DNA of 64,000 bases, from the NCBI GenBank assembly GCA_945881775.1, contig CAMCVE010000005.1:54281-118280 (forward strand), read 5' to 3'. Source of the DNA: Bacteriovorax stolpii. GTDB lineage: Bacteria > Bdellovibrionota > UBA2428. Both the position numbers and the translations under genes were made by a program. Of the stretch, positions 43,731 through 52,825 are shown piece by piece; within the stretch, counting starts at the first letter, position 1; each line of letters begins with the position of its first letter. Below the pieces are notes generated by a model that was given only the letters and a program-made list of their open reading frames with translations, was not told where the DNA came from and searched no databases.

Positions 43731-46583
43731 CTAAAGGGACTGCAGTTCGCTGACGGAAAGTCGACCCCACATGGAATCGGCCGACAGGGCTTTGGCAGCC
43801 TCAAAACTTTGGCGCGCTTCCTGAAGCTTTCCTTCCTTGCGCCTTAGCTGCCCCTGGCGAAACAACACCTGCTCTTTGCTAAGTTCAGTTCCCAGCTCTG
43901 CTTTGGAGAGAAGATAGCTGAGCACTGTTGCTGCGCCCGAAAGGTCACCCTGGCGCTCTCGAGCTTCGAAGAGCATAAAGAACGTTTCTGCCGCGGGAGC
44001 ATCCGAGCCTCCCTTTCCTGGAGCCGAGGCCATCCAAGGCCCCACGTAAGACTCCAGCTCAGAGCGAAGACGTCGTTCGTCTTTGTTGAGAAGAAGTACT
44101 TCGAAATAGCGTGTCCATTCTTCAGCGCCGAGAGCCGCGACTTTCTTCAGGGCTGAGAGAGTTTCGGCTTCTTTAACTGTGTTGCGCGAAAGCTTATAGA
44201 AGTCTTTCCAGAGACGCAGGATCTCCGGATCTTTACCGTCGCCTGTGGCCTCTTTCAGATGCTTCTCCACAACGCTCATTTCAATGTCACTAGACAGCAA
44301 CAACTTCAGCTCCACTTTTGAGCGCAGTTTGTTCCAGTCAACGACAGACGGGAGATAGGGTCGATCCTCGTAGGGCCTCATCGCAGCGTTAGACGCGAGA
44401 CCGCGCTCTATATATTCATGAGATTGTTTCCACAATCCAAGCGCGGCGTAGGCCCTGGCGAGTGGCCATATGAGCTCTGGGCGACTTTCGTCTAAGCCGG
44501 GCAGAACTTTTGCTTTTTGGAGAGCAGACATCACTTCGGAGGCTTTTTTCGCGTCAACTTTGGAATCGAGATACCCTGAGAGCGCCGACAAGCGGTACTC
44601 CTGGAGCCATGCAAGCAAGTCGGGCGAGCCCTCAAAGCCCCGCGTCCGGTCGAACTGCTCGTAGGACTGGAAGGGATCTCCGGCCCTCAAGAATCCGTCT
44701 GCGAGCAGCACGCGAACATAGATCTTAAGATCACTCGCAAATGAAGGCTCGAACACCGCGATGCTCTTGTTGAGCAAAACGTCCTCGATGTCTGCTACAA
44801 GACGCGGCCACTCCCCTCGATTGTTCGCATTCATGGCACGTCGGGACTGACGAGCCTTACAAAGTTTGCCTCCGAGATTCTCTCCGGTTCTAAAAACACA
44901 CTCTCTCCAGGCTCCATCGACCTTCTCCTTAGGAGCTCCAGAAATCTCCATCAGATCACCGATACGGTACAAGATCAGACCCAGGTTGGGATGGTCCGAC
45001 GCGAAACTCACAAACGCTCGAAGGTCACTCAACGCTCCCCCAACGTTTCCCATCCTAAGTCGCGCTTCGGCCCTATGTAAGAAAACTTGCGGATATCGAT
45101 TGATCTCGGACGGATACCACGCGCCCTCAAAGGACATTTTCTGCTGCGTCGGAATCAGTGCAAAGGCCTCAGTGTAGTCGGAGACGGCTTCTGCATAGAG
45201 ATTCTGCCGAAGCTGTGCATCCCCGAGACGGAAAGCTGCTAGAGGCAGAAGTCGCCGATCAAAAGCGGCGCTGAGCGGAACATCCTTGCGACTGTTCACA
45301 TAGTCTGCAAAAATTTTGTGCGATTCATCCATAAGACCGAGCCGGTAGTGCGCTTCAGCCCTTAGGAAAGCGAGTCGCTCTTCGGTGGGAGGACTCCAGC
45401 GGAATCTCTGAGCCCAAACGAGCATCGCGGCTGCTGCATAAAATTGCCCATCGGCAAACAGGTCGCGCAACGACTCGAGCATCATATAGTCGGCACCCGC
45501 CTGGTCACTGCCTCCACGACCTGCCACCCGACGAAGGCCCGTGCGCCAGATATCGAGACTTTCGCGGTGCAGATCTCGACTCGCAAGCGATTCGCTTAGC
45601 CTGCGGTAGACGAGTCCTTTGATGGCCCACCACCTTGCGGAATTTACGGGGATCATCTTTTTTACGTTGCCCTTTTCGAGAACGACTATCGACTCCCTGG
45701 CTTTGAGCCATTGTTTGTCTGCGACAAGCTGTCTGAGATAGTTGAGTCCCTCGAGGGCTGCGGCAACATGCTCCTCATCCCCCTTTGGAAGATCTCCTGC
45801 TTCGAAGCGCACGAGCTCAAAGGCTTGCTCCGAAAAACTCAACTCGGCATCTAGCATAGGGAGCGCTAGGAGCGGAGGCACGAGCGGGCGCTGCGAACGC
45901 GGCTTCTTGGTAAAAGAAACATCTCTCTCGCTGAGCGCGACTCGAAAACGATCCAGTTCAGGAGATTCAAAAGAAACCACTTGGCCCATTTGTCCAAGAA
46001 TTTTGTTCCAAGCTTCTTGGTCTTGATAGATATCGAGAACCTTATCCGAAAAATTCACAAGTGGACTGAGTCCATCGTTGTGTGCCGTTTTGGTCTTGGC
46101 TTTTTTACTTCGAGTTGTCTTGGCCGTTTTGCTGCCGCGTTTTTCGCGCACGACAAGCCAGTGATCGACGATCCAGTTCGACTGGGTTCCATAAGAGAGC
46201 GTCTGAAATTCTGAACCGGCACTTGCAACATACGACAAGCGCAACTCAAAGCCTTGAGGTGTCGGATACGCCTTAATGTCGCAGGGTCCCTGAGAGCTAA
46301 AGCGTTCAATGTCGATCCAGGGCTGCGCCTTTGCGGGCTCCGAAAACCCTAGAATCACGTCCGCAACGCTCTTGCCGCCGCACGCCGGGGAGCCCTTTTG
46401 GAAGGTCTCAGTTCGGAGGAAGTCGGGGGCCTCAAGAGGGCCCTTCAGGCGATAGACGCTGGAAACCTTCTCAAGGGATGATGCAGCATAAACATCTGAA
46501 ATTATTGTTAGTATCAGTAAAGTCTTCGTGAAGCACTTAAGAAATGACGCGGCGCGACGATAGGTCTTATATGAAGCGTCCAA
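43731..46583 (-). CDS. Large periplasmic tetratricopeptide-repeat (TPR) protein. The start is uncertain: TTG at 46583 giving a signal peptide, or the ATG ORF start at 46679.
   Basis: Up to 982 aa. A TTG start would give the N-terminus ...KTYRRAASFLKCFTKTLLILTIISDVYA-AS (n-region, h-region, AxA cleavage site). TPR-like helical repeats run throughout. Same strand as flgB and directly upstream of it. Confidence 0.55.
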   Translation of the reverse strand: MDASYKTYRRAASFLKCFTKTLLILTIISDVYAASSLEKVSSVYRLKGPLEAPDFLRTETFQKGSPACGGKSVADVILGFSEPAKAQPWIDIERFSSQGPCDIKAYPTPQGFELRLSYVASAGSEFQTLSYGTQSNWIVDHWLVVREKRGSKTAKTTRSKKAKTKTAHNDGLSPLVNFSDKVLDIYQDQEAWNKILGQMGQVVSFESPELDRFRVALSERDVSFTKKPRSQRPLVPPLLALPMLDAELSFSEQAFELVRFEAGDLPKGDEEHVAAALEGLNYLRQLVADKQWLKARESIVVLEKGNVKKMIPVNSARWWAIKGLVYRRLSESLASRDLHRESLDIWRTGLRRVAGRGGSDQAGADYMMLESLRDLFADGQFYAAAAMLVWAQRFRWSPPTEERLAFLRAEAHYRLGLMDESHKIFADYVNSRKDVPLSAAFDRRLLPLAAFRLGDAQLRQNLYAEAVSDYTEAFALIPTQQKMSFEGAWYPSEINRYPQVFLHRAEARLRMGNVGGALSDLRAFVSFASDHPNLGLILYRIGDLMEISGAPKEKVDGAWRECVFRTGENLGGKLCKARQSRRAMNANNRGEWPRLVADIEDVLLNKSIAVFEPSFASDLKIYVRVLLADGFLRAGDPFQSYEQFDRTRGFEGSPDLLAWLQEYRLSALSGYLDSKVDAKKASEVMSALQKAKVLPGLDESRPELIWPLARAYAALGLWKQSHEYIERGLASNAAMRPYEDRPYLPSVVDWNKLRSKVELKLLLSSDIEMSVVEKHLKEATGDGKDPEILRLWKDFYKLSRNTVKEAETLSALKKVAALGAEEWTRYFEVLLLNKDERRLRSELESYVGPWMASAPGKGGSDAPAAETFFMLFEARERQGDLSGAATVLSYLLSKAELGTELSKEQVLFRQGQLRRKEGKLQEARQSFEAAKALSADSMWGRLSVSELQSL

Positions 46584-47206
46584 AAGGTCCCTGGAGCGAG
46601 CTTTTCGGAAACAAAGAAGACCTGCGTCTTCTGGCCTCGCTAAAAGCACAAAAATGGAAGCCCGAAGCCTGTTATTCATTCCTCAAAGAGCTCCTTAGTC
46701 CTCTCGTGCAATCACTTCATTTTAACAGTCATTCCAGATGGGGCCTACAAATCGAGAGTCAGGAAATTCGCACCCTCTCGATAAAGTTTCTTCAATGGAT
46801 GAATCAAAAAAACGAATGGCCCGCAATCGAAGCCCGGCTCGGCGCCAAAACTGCGTCGGTCTCGCTTCTCGTGTGCCTGAGTCGCTCTTTTGTACGCTAT
46901 CAGGCTCAGAGTGGAACTAAAAAGCAACTCGAGCGTGAGCCATCGTACTCCTCAAAACGAACGGTTCTCGAACTTCCTCAACCTCAAATACTTTCTCACA
47001 TCGGAGGCGCTATCCTCGAAGCCTTCGGCTCTCTGACAGCACAGCTTCCGGATGATTTGCGCCTGCCCTATCAACTTCATCTCGAAGGACTCATCAACGA
47101 AGAGATTTCAGCGCTCCTAGGAATCGACGAGAGCGACCTCTCGACCCGCATTCGTAACGCCAAAAACTATCTGAAGGAACCAGTCACATGGAAAAGAGCC
47201 TCGTAA
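46571..47206 (+). CDS. ECF-type sigma-70 family factor (divergent). Start at ATG 46571; the alternative is 46544.
   Basis: C-terminal region-4 pattern LPDDLRLPYQLHLEGLINEEISALLGIDESDLSTRIRNAKNYLKE, matching L..LP..R.....EGLS..EIA..LG.....VK.R..RA...L. Region 2 is degenerate. Confidence 0.45.
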   Translation: MKRPKGPWSELFGNKEDLRLLASLKAQKWKPEACYSFLKELLSPLVQSLHFNSHSRWGLQIESQEIRTLSIKFLQWMNQKNEWPAIEARLGAKTASVSLLVCLSRSFVRYQAQSGTKKQLEREPSYSSKRTVLELPQPQILSHIGGAILEAFGSLTAQLPDDLRLPYQLHLEGLINEEISALLGIDESDLSTRIRNAKNYLKEPVTWKRAS

Positions 47207-47412
47207 TGACCCTGCCTTTCGATGACCCTTCGTGGGATGGAGTCTTGGAGTCCTGGCTTCAGGACTCTCTCGATCCCAGCATCAAGCAAAGGCTCGCCAC
47301 TCGTCTCGCACTTGACGCAAAATTTCGAGAAGAATTTTGCGAGTGGGTGAAATCCCTTCGAGAGCCCGGGGGATCGAGTGCCGCCCAACGTCGACAAGGA
47401 GCCTCGTCATGA
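47188..47412 (+). CDS. Small anti-sigma-factor-like protein (zinc-less anti-sigma-domain look-alike). Alternative start 47206, which overlaps the sigma stop as TAATG.
   Basis: WLQDSLDPSIKQRLATRLALDAKFREEF aligns with the anti-sigma motif YLDGELSPEERAEFEAHLATCPECRAEL. The His/Cys zinc ligands are replaced by Arg, Asp and Phe. Coupled to both neighbouring genes. Confidence 0.35.
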   Translation: MEKSLVMTLPFDDPSWDGVLESWLQDSLDPSIKQRLATRLALDAKFREEFCEWVKSLREPGGSSAAQRRQGASS

Positions 47413-48011
47413 AAACTCAAATCACCGCTGCTGTGTTTTGGAGACTCTACCAAGAGACCTCTACGAGGCCCGAAGAAGTGCCCGAGATCGAACATATGCG
47501 CCACCGCTGCTTGCTCGGCTTCACTGCTCTGGACGCATCTCTCTTCACATTCTGGGAATCCTCCGTACTGCCGGAATGGGACGAAACGATGAGCCTCGTT
47601 TCGATGGTACTCGATTCTCCGACTTCGTCGGAAACTCTCGAAGAACTTGCGGTGCTCGCAGGACCTTATCTGAAAAAATCCCAGCTCGTTGCCACTTTGA
47701 GATTTCTAGCCCATACAGGCGAGGCAAGCCGCTTCACTCCAAATTTTTTGGACTTTGCTTCGTATCTTCTTCTTCGTCAGCCCAAAAACGAAGAGACCCT
47801 CCAGGCCGTTCGTCTCCTCTGTGAACTCCAAAGCAGTCGCAATTCAGCAGTCCACACAGGGCGTCCCTGGTCCGAGATTCAAGCACATCGAAGCCTCAAG
47901 TTGATCGAAGAAACCGCATTTGTTCTCTCAAAATTGGGAAAAAATTTCAGGGATGCCTTTGGCTCTGATGTCGCAGGCGAGACCAAAAAGAAGTCGGTGC
48001 GTGCCGCATGA
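47409..48011 (+). CDS. Hypothetical soluble protein, third gene of the sigma/anti-sigma unit
   Basis: ATG 47409 overlaps the upstream stop as ATGA. 200 aa, no TM, no known motif. The ORF-track start at 47337 overlaps the upstream gene. Confidence 0.4.
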   Translation: MKTQITAAVFWRLYQETSTRPEEVPEIEHMRHRCLLGFTALDASLFTFWESSVLPEWDETMSLVSMVLDSPTSSETLEELAVLAGPYLKKSQLVATLRFLAHTGEASRFTPNFLDFASYLLLRQPKNEETLQAVRLLCELQSSRNSAVHTGRPWSEIQAHRSLKLIEETAFVLSKLGKNFRDAFGSDVAGETKKKSVRAA

Positions 48012-48107
48012 TTTCCTTTAAAGTGGGTCCATTTCTTGTCTCCGCACTCGTCGGAATCTCGGGCGTCTCTTTGCTCGCTGAACATTTTTTCAGATCTTTT
48101 GAGACAT

Positions 48108-48147
48108 AAAAAAAATCGCCGCGACCCCCCAGGGATCACGGCGACCA
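48108..48147 (-). terminator. Rho-independent terminator of ftsZ (GC-rich stem then T8 on the minus strand), in the convergent gap
   Basis: Minus-strand read GGTCGCCGTGATCCCTGGGGGGTCGCGGCGATTTTTTTT, 22 nt after the ftsZ stop. Confidence 0.65.
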
Positions 48148-48169
48148 ACTGGCTAGAAAACCTTAGCGA

Positions 48170-49549
48170 CTAGCGATGATCAGCAACGCCCTTACGAAGA
48201 AAGGCAGGGATGTCGAGATCATCGGAGCTTGAGGGCTTGAGGCCGAGTTCTTGCGCAATTTTCTTTGCTTGCAGAAGACTCAGGCTCAGCTGCTCGTTGT
48301 CGTTGTCATCTATGCTGTCGGGAACGGGTTGTGAGACCGCGTCCCTCTGAGCTGCGATCAAGGGATTTTCAATCAGCTGAGCTGAAACCTGAGTTTCGTG
48401 CTGAGGAGGCTGCACTACAAAAGGAGCTGCGTCCTGCTCGTATTGAGGAACCTGAGCGTACTGAGGAGCCTGAGTGTACTGAGGAGCTTGTTGCTGTACG
48501 GCCGGACGCTCAAAAAGTCCCTTCACATCGTTTTTGCGCGCTTCAATTGGGAAGCCCGTTGCAACGACAGTCACTTTCACGCTGCCACCAATCGAAGGAT
48601 TGAAAACGCTACCGAAAATAACTTCAGCGTCTTGGTCCGCTTCTTCAGTGACAAGCGAAACGGCTTCGTGGATTTCATGAAGAGTCAGGTCTTCAGGGCC
48701 GGTGATATTGATAATAATGCCGGTTGCTCCCTTGATCGAAACGTCTTCGAGCAGGGGGCTCGAGATTGCCATATGAGCCGCAGTGGCTGCGCGGTTCTCA
48801 CCCTCAGCAACACCAGTTCCCATAAGAGCCAGCCCGCGGTCTGTCATGACAGTTCGCACGTCCGCAAAGTCGAGGTTGATATGGCCCGAGATGTTGATCA
48901 AATCAGAGATACTTTGAACAGCATTCAACAGAACTTCGTCCGCCTTTGAAAAGGCTTCGAGAACCGTGGTCTTCTTGTCGACAATCGACAAAAGTCGTTG
49001 GTTGGGGATTTGGATGAGGGTGTCGACGTTTTCTTTGAGGTTCGTGATGCCCGACAGAGCATGACGACTGCGCTTTGGCGCTTCGAAGATAAACGGCTTG
49101 GTTACAACAGCAACAGTCAGCGCACCCATTTCACGAGCGATCTGCGCAATCACAGGAGCCGCACCCGTTCCAGTGCCACCGCCCATGCCCGCAGTAATGA
49201 AAACCATGTCAGCTCCATCAAGGGCCGCTACGATTTCTTCGCGGCTTTCTTCTGCCGAATTTTTTCCGACCGTCGGGTTCGCGCCAGCGCCGAGACCTTT
49301 TGTGAGCGTAGCTCCCAGCTGGATCTTACGAGGGGCAAGACTCTTAGCGAGAGCCTGACGATCTGTGTTGGCTGCAATAAACTCAACTCCGGTCAGTCCC
49401 GAGCGAATCATGGCGTTCAGAGCATTGCAGCCACCGCCACCCACGCCCACAACTTTGATTCGAGCGCCCAGGACAATTTCTTCCTGAGGCGCGGCTTCGG
49501 CCACTTCATTCAAGATCATGTTTTCATCAATCACAGGTTCAAAAGACAT
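48170..49549 (-). CDS. ftsZ: Cell division GTPase FtsZ. Start at the Met preceded by GGGAGGG; the ORF-track start at 49576 is 9 codons upstream.
   Basis: GGGTGTG tubulin signature ([17 protein letters not shown]), N-terminal [10 protein letters not shown]7 loop NLDFADV, disordered C-terminal linker plus conserved C-terminal peptide (DIPAFLRK). Confidence 0.9.
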   Translation of the reverse strand: MSFEPVIDENMILNEVAEAAPQEEIVLGARIKVVGVGGGGCNALNAMIRSGLTGVEFIAANTDRQALAKSLAPRKIQLGATLTKGLGAGANPTVGKNSAEESREEIVAALDGADMVFITAGMGGGTGTGAAPVIAQIAREMGALTVAVVTKPFIFEAPKRSRHALSGITNLKENVDTLIQIPNQRLLSIVDKKTTVLEAFSKADEVLLNAVQSISDLINISGHINLDFADVRTVMTDRGLALMGTGVAEGENRAATAAHMAISSPLLEDVSIKGATGIIINITGPEDLTLHEIHEAVSLVTEEADQDAEVIFGSVFNPSIGGSVKVTVVATGFPIEARKNDVKGLFERPAVQQQAPQYTQAPQYAQVPQYEQDAAPFVVQPPQHETQVSAQLIENPLIAAQRDAVSQPVPDSIDDNDNEQLSLSLLQAKKIAQELGLKPSSSDDLDIPAFLRKGVADHR

Positions 49550-49586
49550 CTCAATACCCTCCCAGGTTGTTTTCAATTCGAAGACT

Positions 49587-50834
49587 TTAGAACATCTCCG
49601 AGATGAAGTTCTTAAGTTGACTGGTAACTTGGCCTAGCTTTGGTGCGTGCGCTTTGGTCCGACGGGTGACTCCGCTACGCGATTCCGCACCCCAAAGCGC
49701 GAGGCCTACGGCCGTCGAGCATGCAGGAGAGCGGACCATATCCGCAAATCCCGCGACCTTTTCGGGTGCTGCGCGTTTTACAGGAAGATCGAAGACAAAC
49801 TCCGCGAGTTCAACAATCCCCTCAAGGAGTGTTGTGCCGCCGGTAAGGACCACACCACCACCCAAGATCTCTCCGCAGCCCGAAGCGATAATCTCGCGGT
49901 TCACAAGTTGCAAGATTTCTTCCAGGCGAGGCTCGATGATCTCACCGAGAAGTTTGCGATCAACAATGCGAGCAGGACGCCCCCCGACACTTGGAACTTC
50001 AATGGTCTCGTTGGCGTTGATGAGCTGCTTTAAGGCACATCCCGATTGAATTTTGATTTTCTCGGCCTCGTGCTGAGGAGTGCGCAATCCAATCGCAAGA
50101 TCTTGCGTGATATGATTGCCGCCAACTGGAAGTACCGCCGTGTGCACGATGCTTCCGCCATGGAAGATTGCGATGTCGGTGGTTCCACCGCCGATGTCAA
50201 CGAGAGCGACACCAAGTTCTTTTTCGTCTTTTGTGAGAACCGCTTTTGCAGAGGCCAGCGGCTGAAGAACCATGGCCTCGACCGAGAGACCCGTCTTTTG
50301 GCAGCATCGTACAATATTCTGTGTGGCAGATTGTGCCGCGGTCACGATGTGCACTTTTGATTCGAGGCGGATGCCCATCATTCCAAGCGGATCGCGAATG
50401 CCGTCTTGGTCGTCGACTTTAAATTCTTGAGGAAGAACATGTAGGGGCATGCGATCGGGGGGAATCGCAACAGCGCGGGCGGCATCGATCACGCGGTCCA
50501 AGTCACCCTTTTCGATTTCCTTGCCCTTGATTCCGACGACTCCGGTGGAGTTCAGGCCGCGAATATGTGATCCGCCGACTCCGACAAGCACGCGGTCGAC
50601 CTTAACACCGGCCATGAGCTCGGCTTCGTTGATCGCACGACGGATGGCTTCGACGGTTTCTTCGATATTAACAACAACGCCTTTTTTGATGCCGGTGGAA
50701 GGAGCCTTGCCAACTCCGAGAACCTTGAAGCCTTGTGGCGCAGAGTCAGAATCGCCCTCCGTCAATTGGCCCACCACGGCACAGATCTTTGTCGTACCTA
50801 AATCCAGTCCGACGACAAATTCATCCGCTTTCAT
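49587..50834 (-). CDS. ftsA: Cell division protein FtsA. Start at [15 protein letters not shown], preceded by GGGGGAGGGG.
   Basis: Actin-like ATPase motifs ([16 protein letters not shown]). Sits between ftsQ and ftsZ. Confidence 0.9.
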   Translation of the reverse strand: MKADEFVVGLDLGTTKICAVVGQLTEGDSDSAPQGFKVLGVGKAPSTGIKKGVVVNIEETVEAIRRAINEAELMAGVKVDRVLVGVGGSHIRGLNSTGVVGIKGKEIEKGDLDRVIDAARAVAIPPDRMPLHVLPQEFKVDDQDGIRDPLGMMGIRLESKVHIVTAAQSATQNIVRCCQKTGLSVEAMVLQPLASAKAVLTKDEKELGVALVDIGGGTTDIAIFHGGSIVHTAVLPVGGNHITQDLAIGLRTPQHEAEKIKIQSGCALKQLINANETIEVPSVGGRPARIVDRKLLGEIIEPRLEEILQLVNREIIASGCGEILGGGVVLTGGTTLLEGIVELAEFVFDLPVKRAAPEKVAGFADMVRSPACSTAVGLALWGAESRSGVTRRTKAHAPKLGQVTSQLKNFISEMF

Positions 50835-50915
50835 TTGAACCCCTCCCCCGAATCGAGGCGGCCTCCAGCGGAAAACCGACTCTCGACAAATCAAGGACTT
50901 GAGCGAGGTGTCAGT

Positions 50916-51728
50916 TTATCGAGCTTCTGCTCGAGAATCACGCGTGCGGCGCACCAACTCTCTTAAATTTAAACCACTTTGGGAATTGTGCAACTCGACG
51001 GACTCATAAACAAAGATCCGACCTTCAACCGAGGCATCCATCACCACCGCGAGGCGCCCTTGCTTTTGCATCGCAACAAATGCGGACTTGGCCCTGGCCC
51101 AACGCATGGGCCAGTTCTTAAGTCCGATGTGAACTCTTAAACCGAGGTTCTTGAAACCCAGGACCAGGTCTTCGTCAAAAGTGATCTCATCGAGCTGTCC
51201 TAACATCTCATCATTCTGGCGAGCCTCGACGATCCACTTCAAAAGCTGGGCCTTGAGAACTGGCTCTTTGTCGAAACCCCAAATGAGCGGCAACGCTTCG
51301 GCGTTCGTAAGAGGAGAAATCGGTTCTCCTGTATCATCCACGAACCATAGTTTTTTACCGTTAAACTCGAGAGCAGCTTTGGTCTTGAGCTGGGCTTCGA
51401 TCGTGACTGTGTTGGGCCAACGCCTAAGGATGCGGGCAGCGCCCACTTCGGGGTGCGCGAGCAAGACCGTCTCGAGTTCGCTCAACTTGAGTGCGAACAT
51501 GGAACGACCACTGTACGCGACCAGACTTTCCTCGATAGATTTTTTGAGAAGTCCTTCCGGGAGACGAACCTCAATACTCTGAACGCGGAAAAGTGCTTGC
51601 CGCGAGTAAAGCCATCCCCCCAGCGAAGCGACGCCAGTAAACAGAAAGACCACAATCAGAACCGCACCGAGGCGCTTCAAATGTTTCCAGCCTCTTTGAG
51701 GCGCATTTGCCTGCGGTATGAGAAGCAA
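50916..51728 (-). CDS. ftsQ: Cell division protein FtsQ (POTRA domain). The start is uncertain because it overlaps the ddl 3' end by 52 nt.
   Basis: 270 aa. N-terminal TM (LGAVLIVVFLFTGVASLGGW), then POTRA-like FRVQSIEV..., position ddl-ftsQ-ftsA. Confidence 0.7.
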   Translation of the reverse strand: MLLIPQANAPQRGWKHLKRLGAVLIVVFLFTGVASLGGWLYSRQALFRVQSIEVRLPEGLLKKSIEESLVAYSGRSMFALKLSELETVLLAHPEVGAARILRRWPNTVTIEAQLKTKAALEFNGKKLWFVDDTGEPISPLTNAEALPLIWGFDKEPVLKAQLLKWIVEARQNDEMLGQLDEITFDEDLVLGFKNLGLRVHIGLKNWPMRWARAKSAFVAMQKQGRLAVVMDASVEGRIFVYESVELHNSQSGLNLRELVRRTRDSRAEAR

Positions 51729-52672
51729 ACCAGAGCCTCGACAAAATTCTCATAACTCATCCCATCGGCTGCAGCGGATTTCGGGAGCAGCGAGGTGGGA
51801 GTCATCCCCGGCAAAGTGTTCATTTCGAGAACGAGGGGACCATCCGCTCCAATAATGAAATCGATGCGGCCGTAGTCTTGGCACTTCAGAACATGAAACG
51901 TGCGAACCGCGAGCGAACTCACGAGACCGCTCATCTCCTCCGTCAAAGGCGCAGGGCACAAGTACTCCGTCGCGCCGACAGTGTACTTGCTTTCATAATC
52001 GTAGAATTTGCTTTTGGGACGAATTTCGATCGCTGGAAGGGCGCGCCCCTCGAAGATGGGCACCGTAACCTCCGGGCCATCAATCCACTCTTCAACCACC
52101 ACATCGGAGCAAAATTTGAAGGAGCTCTGGAGCATCCTGAGGAAAGTTTCGCGACGCTTGGACTCGGGGATCTTTTCGGCGCGGTAGCGCTCAATGCCAA
52201 TCGTCGAGCCTTCTTGAGCGGGCTTAATGAACCAACTTTTTGAATAGAAATTTTCGGCGAGGCGTCCACCGCGCTCTTCATCAAAAAAGTGCGCTTCATC
52301 GATGAATTCGACATAATCCGGCGTGGGGATCTTGTCGTGAACAAGAATCGACTTCGTGAACCCTTTGTGAAAACAAACCGAAGACGAAAGAACTCCGCTC
52401 CCCACATAAGGAATGCGTCGGCTCTCGAGGTATCCCTGGATCACGCCGTCTTCACCAAAATGTCCATGGAGCGCAATGAAAACCAAGTCGGGTTTGGTGC
52501 TCCAGGGAAGCGTGTCGAGCATCTCAGGATGAACATCAAAGAGCTGCGTCGCGAATCCCTTTTTCTCGAGGGCGGCGGCAACACCGGCCCCTGTTTTTAG
52601 AGAAACATCGCGTTCGCGAGACGAGCCTCCGTAGAGGACCCAAACATTTTTGGGACGAAAACCTTGATTCAT
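51677..52672 (-). CDS. ddl: D-alanine--D-alanine ligase
   Basis: 331 aa. N-terminal VLYGGSS.ER.VSL.TG, HG..GEDG..QG, ATP-grasp C-terminal (E.N..PG). Confidence 0.9.
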   Translation of the reverse strand: MNQGFRPKNVWVLYGGSSRERDVSLKTGAGVAAALEKKGFATQLFDVHPEMLDTLPWSTKPDLVFIALHGHFGEDGVIQGYLESRRIPYVGSGVLSSSVCFHKGFTKSILVHDKIPTPDYVEFIDEAHFFDEERGGRLAENFYSKSWFIKPAQEGSTIGIERYRAEKIPESKRRETFLRMLQSSFKFCSDVVVEEWIDGPEVTVPIFEGRALPAIEIRPKSKFYDYESKYTVGATEYLCPAPLTEEMSGLVSSLAVRTFHVLKCQDYGRIDFIIGADGPLVLEMNTLPGMTPTSLLPKSAAADGMSYENFVEALVCFSYRRQMRLKEAGNI

Positions 52673-52825
52673 GGAAGATCATTCTAGGTCCTGCCAAGGA
52701 CAACGCCAATCCATATGAGTCCTCATCATAACGAATGACGCATAAAATATTTTGACGCCTTTCACCCTAGGGACCACGTCTCGGCCTCCGTGATATCGTA
52801 GAAGGGTCCAGAAAGGGGCCCGTTC

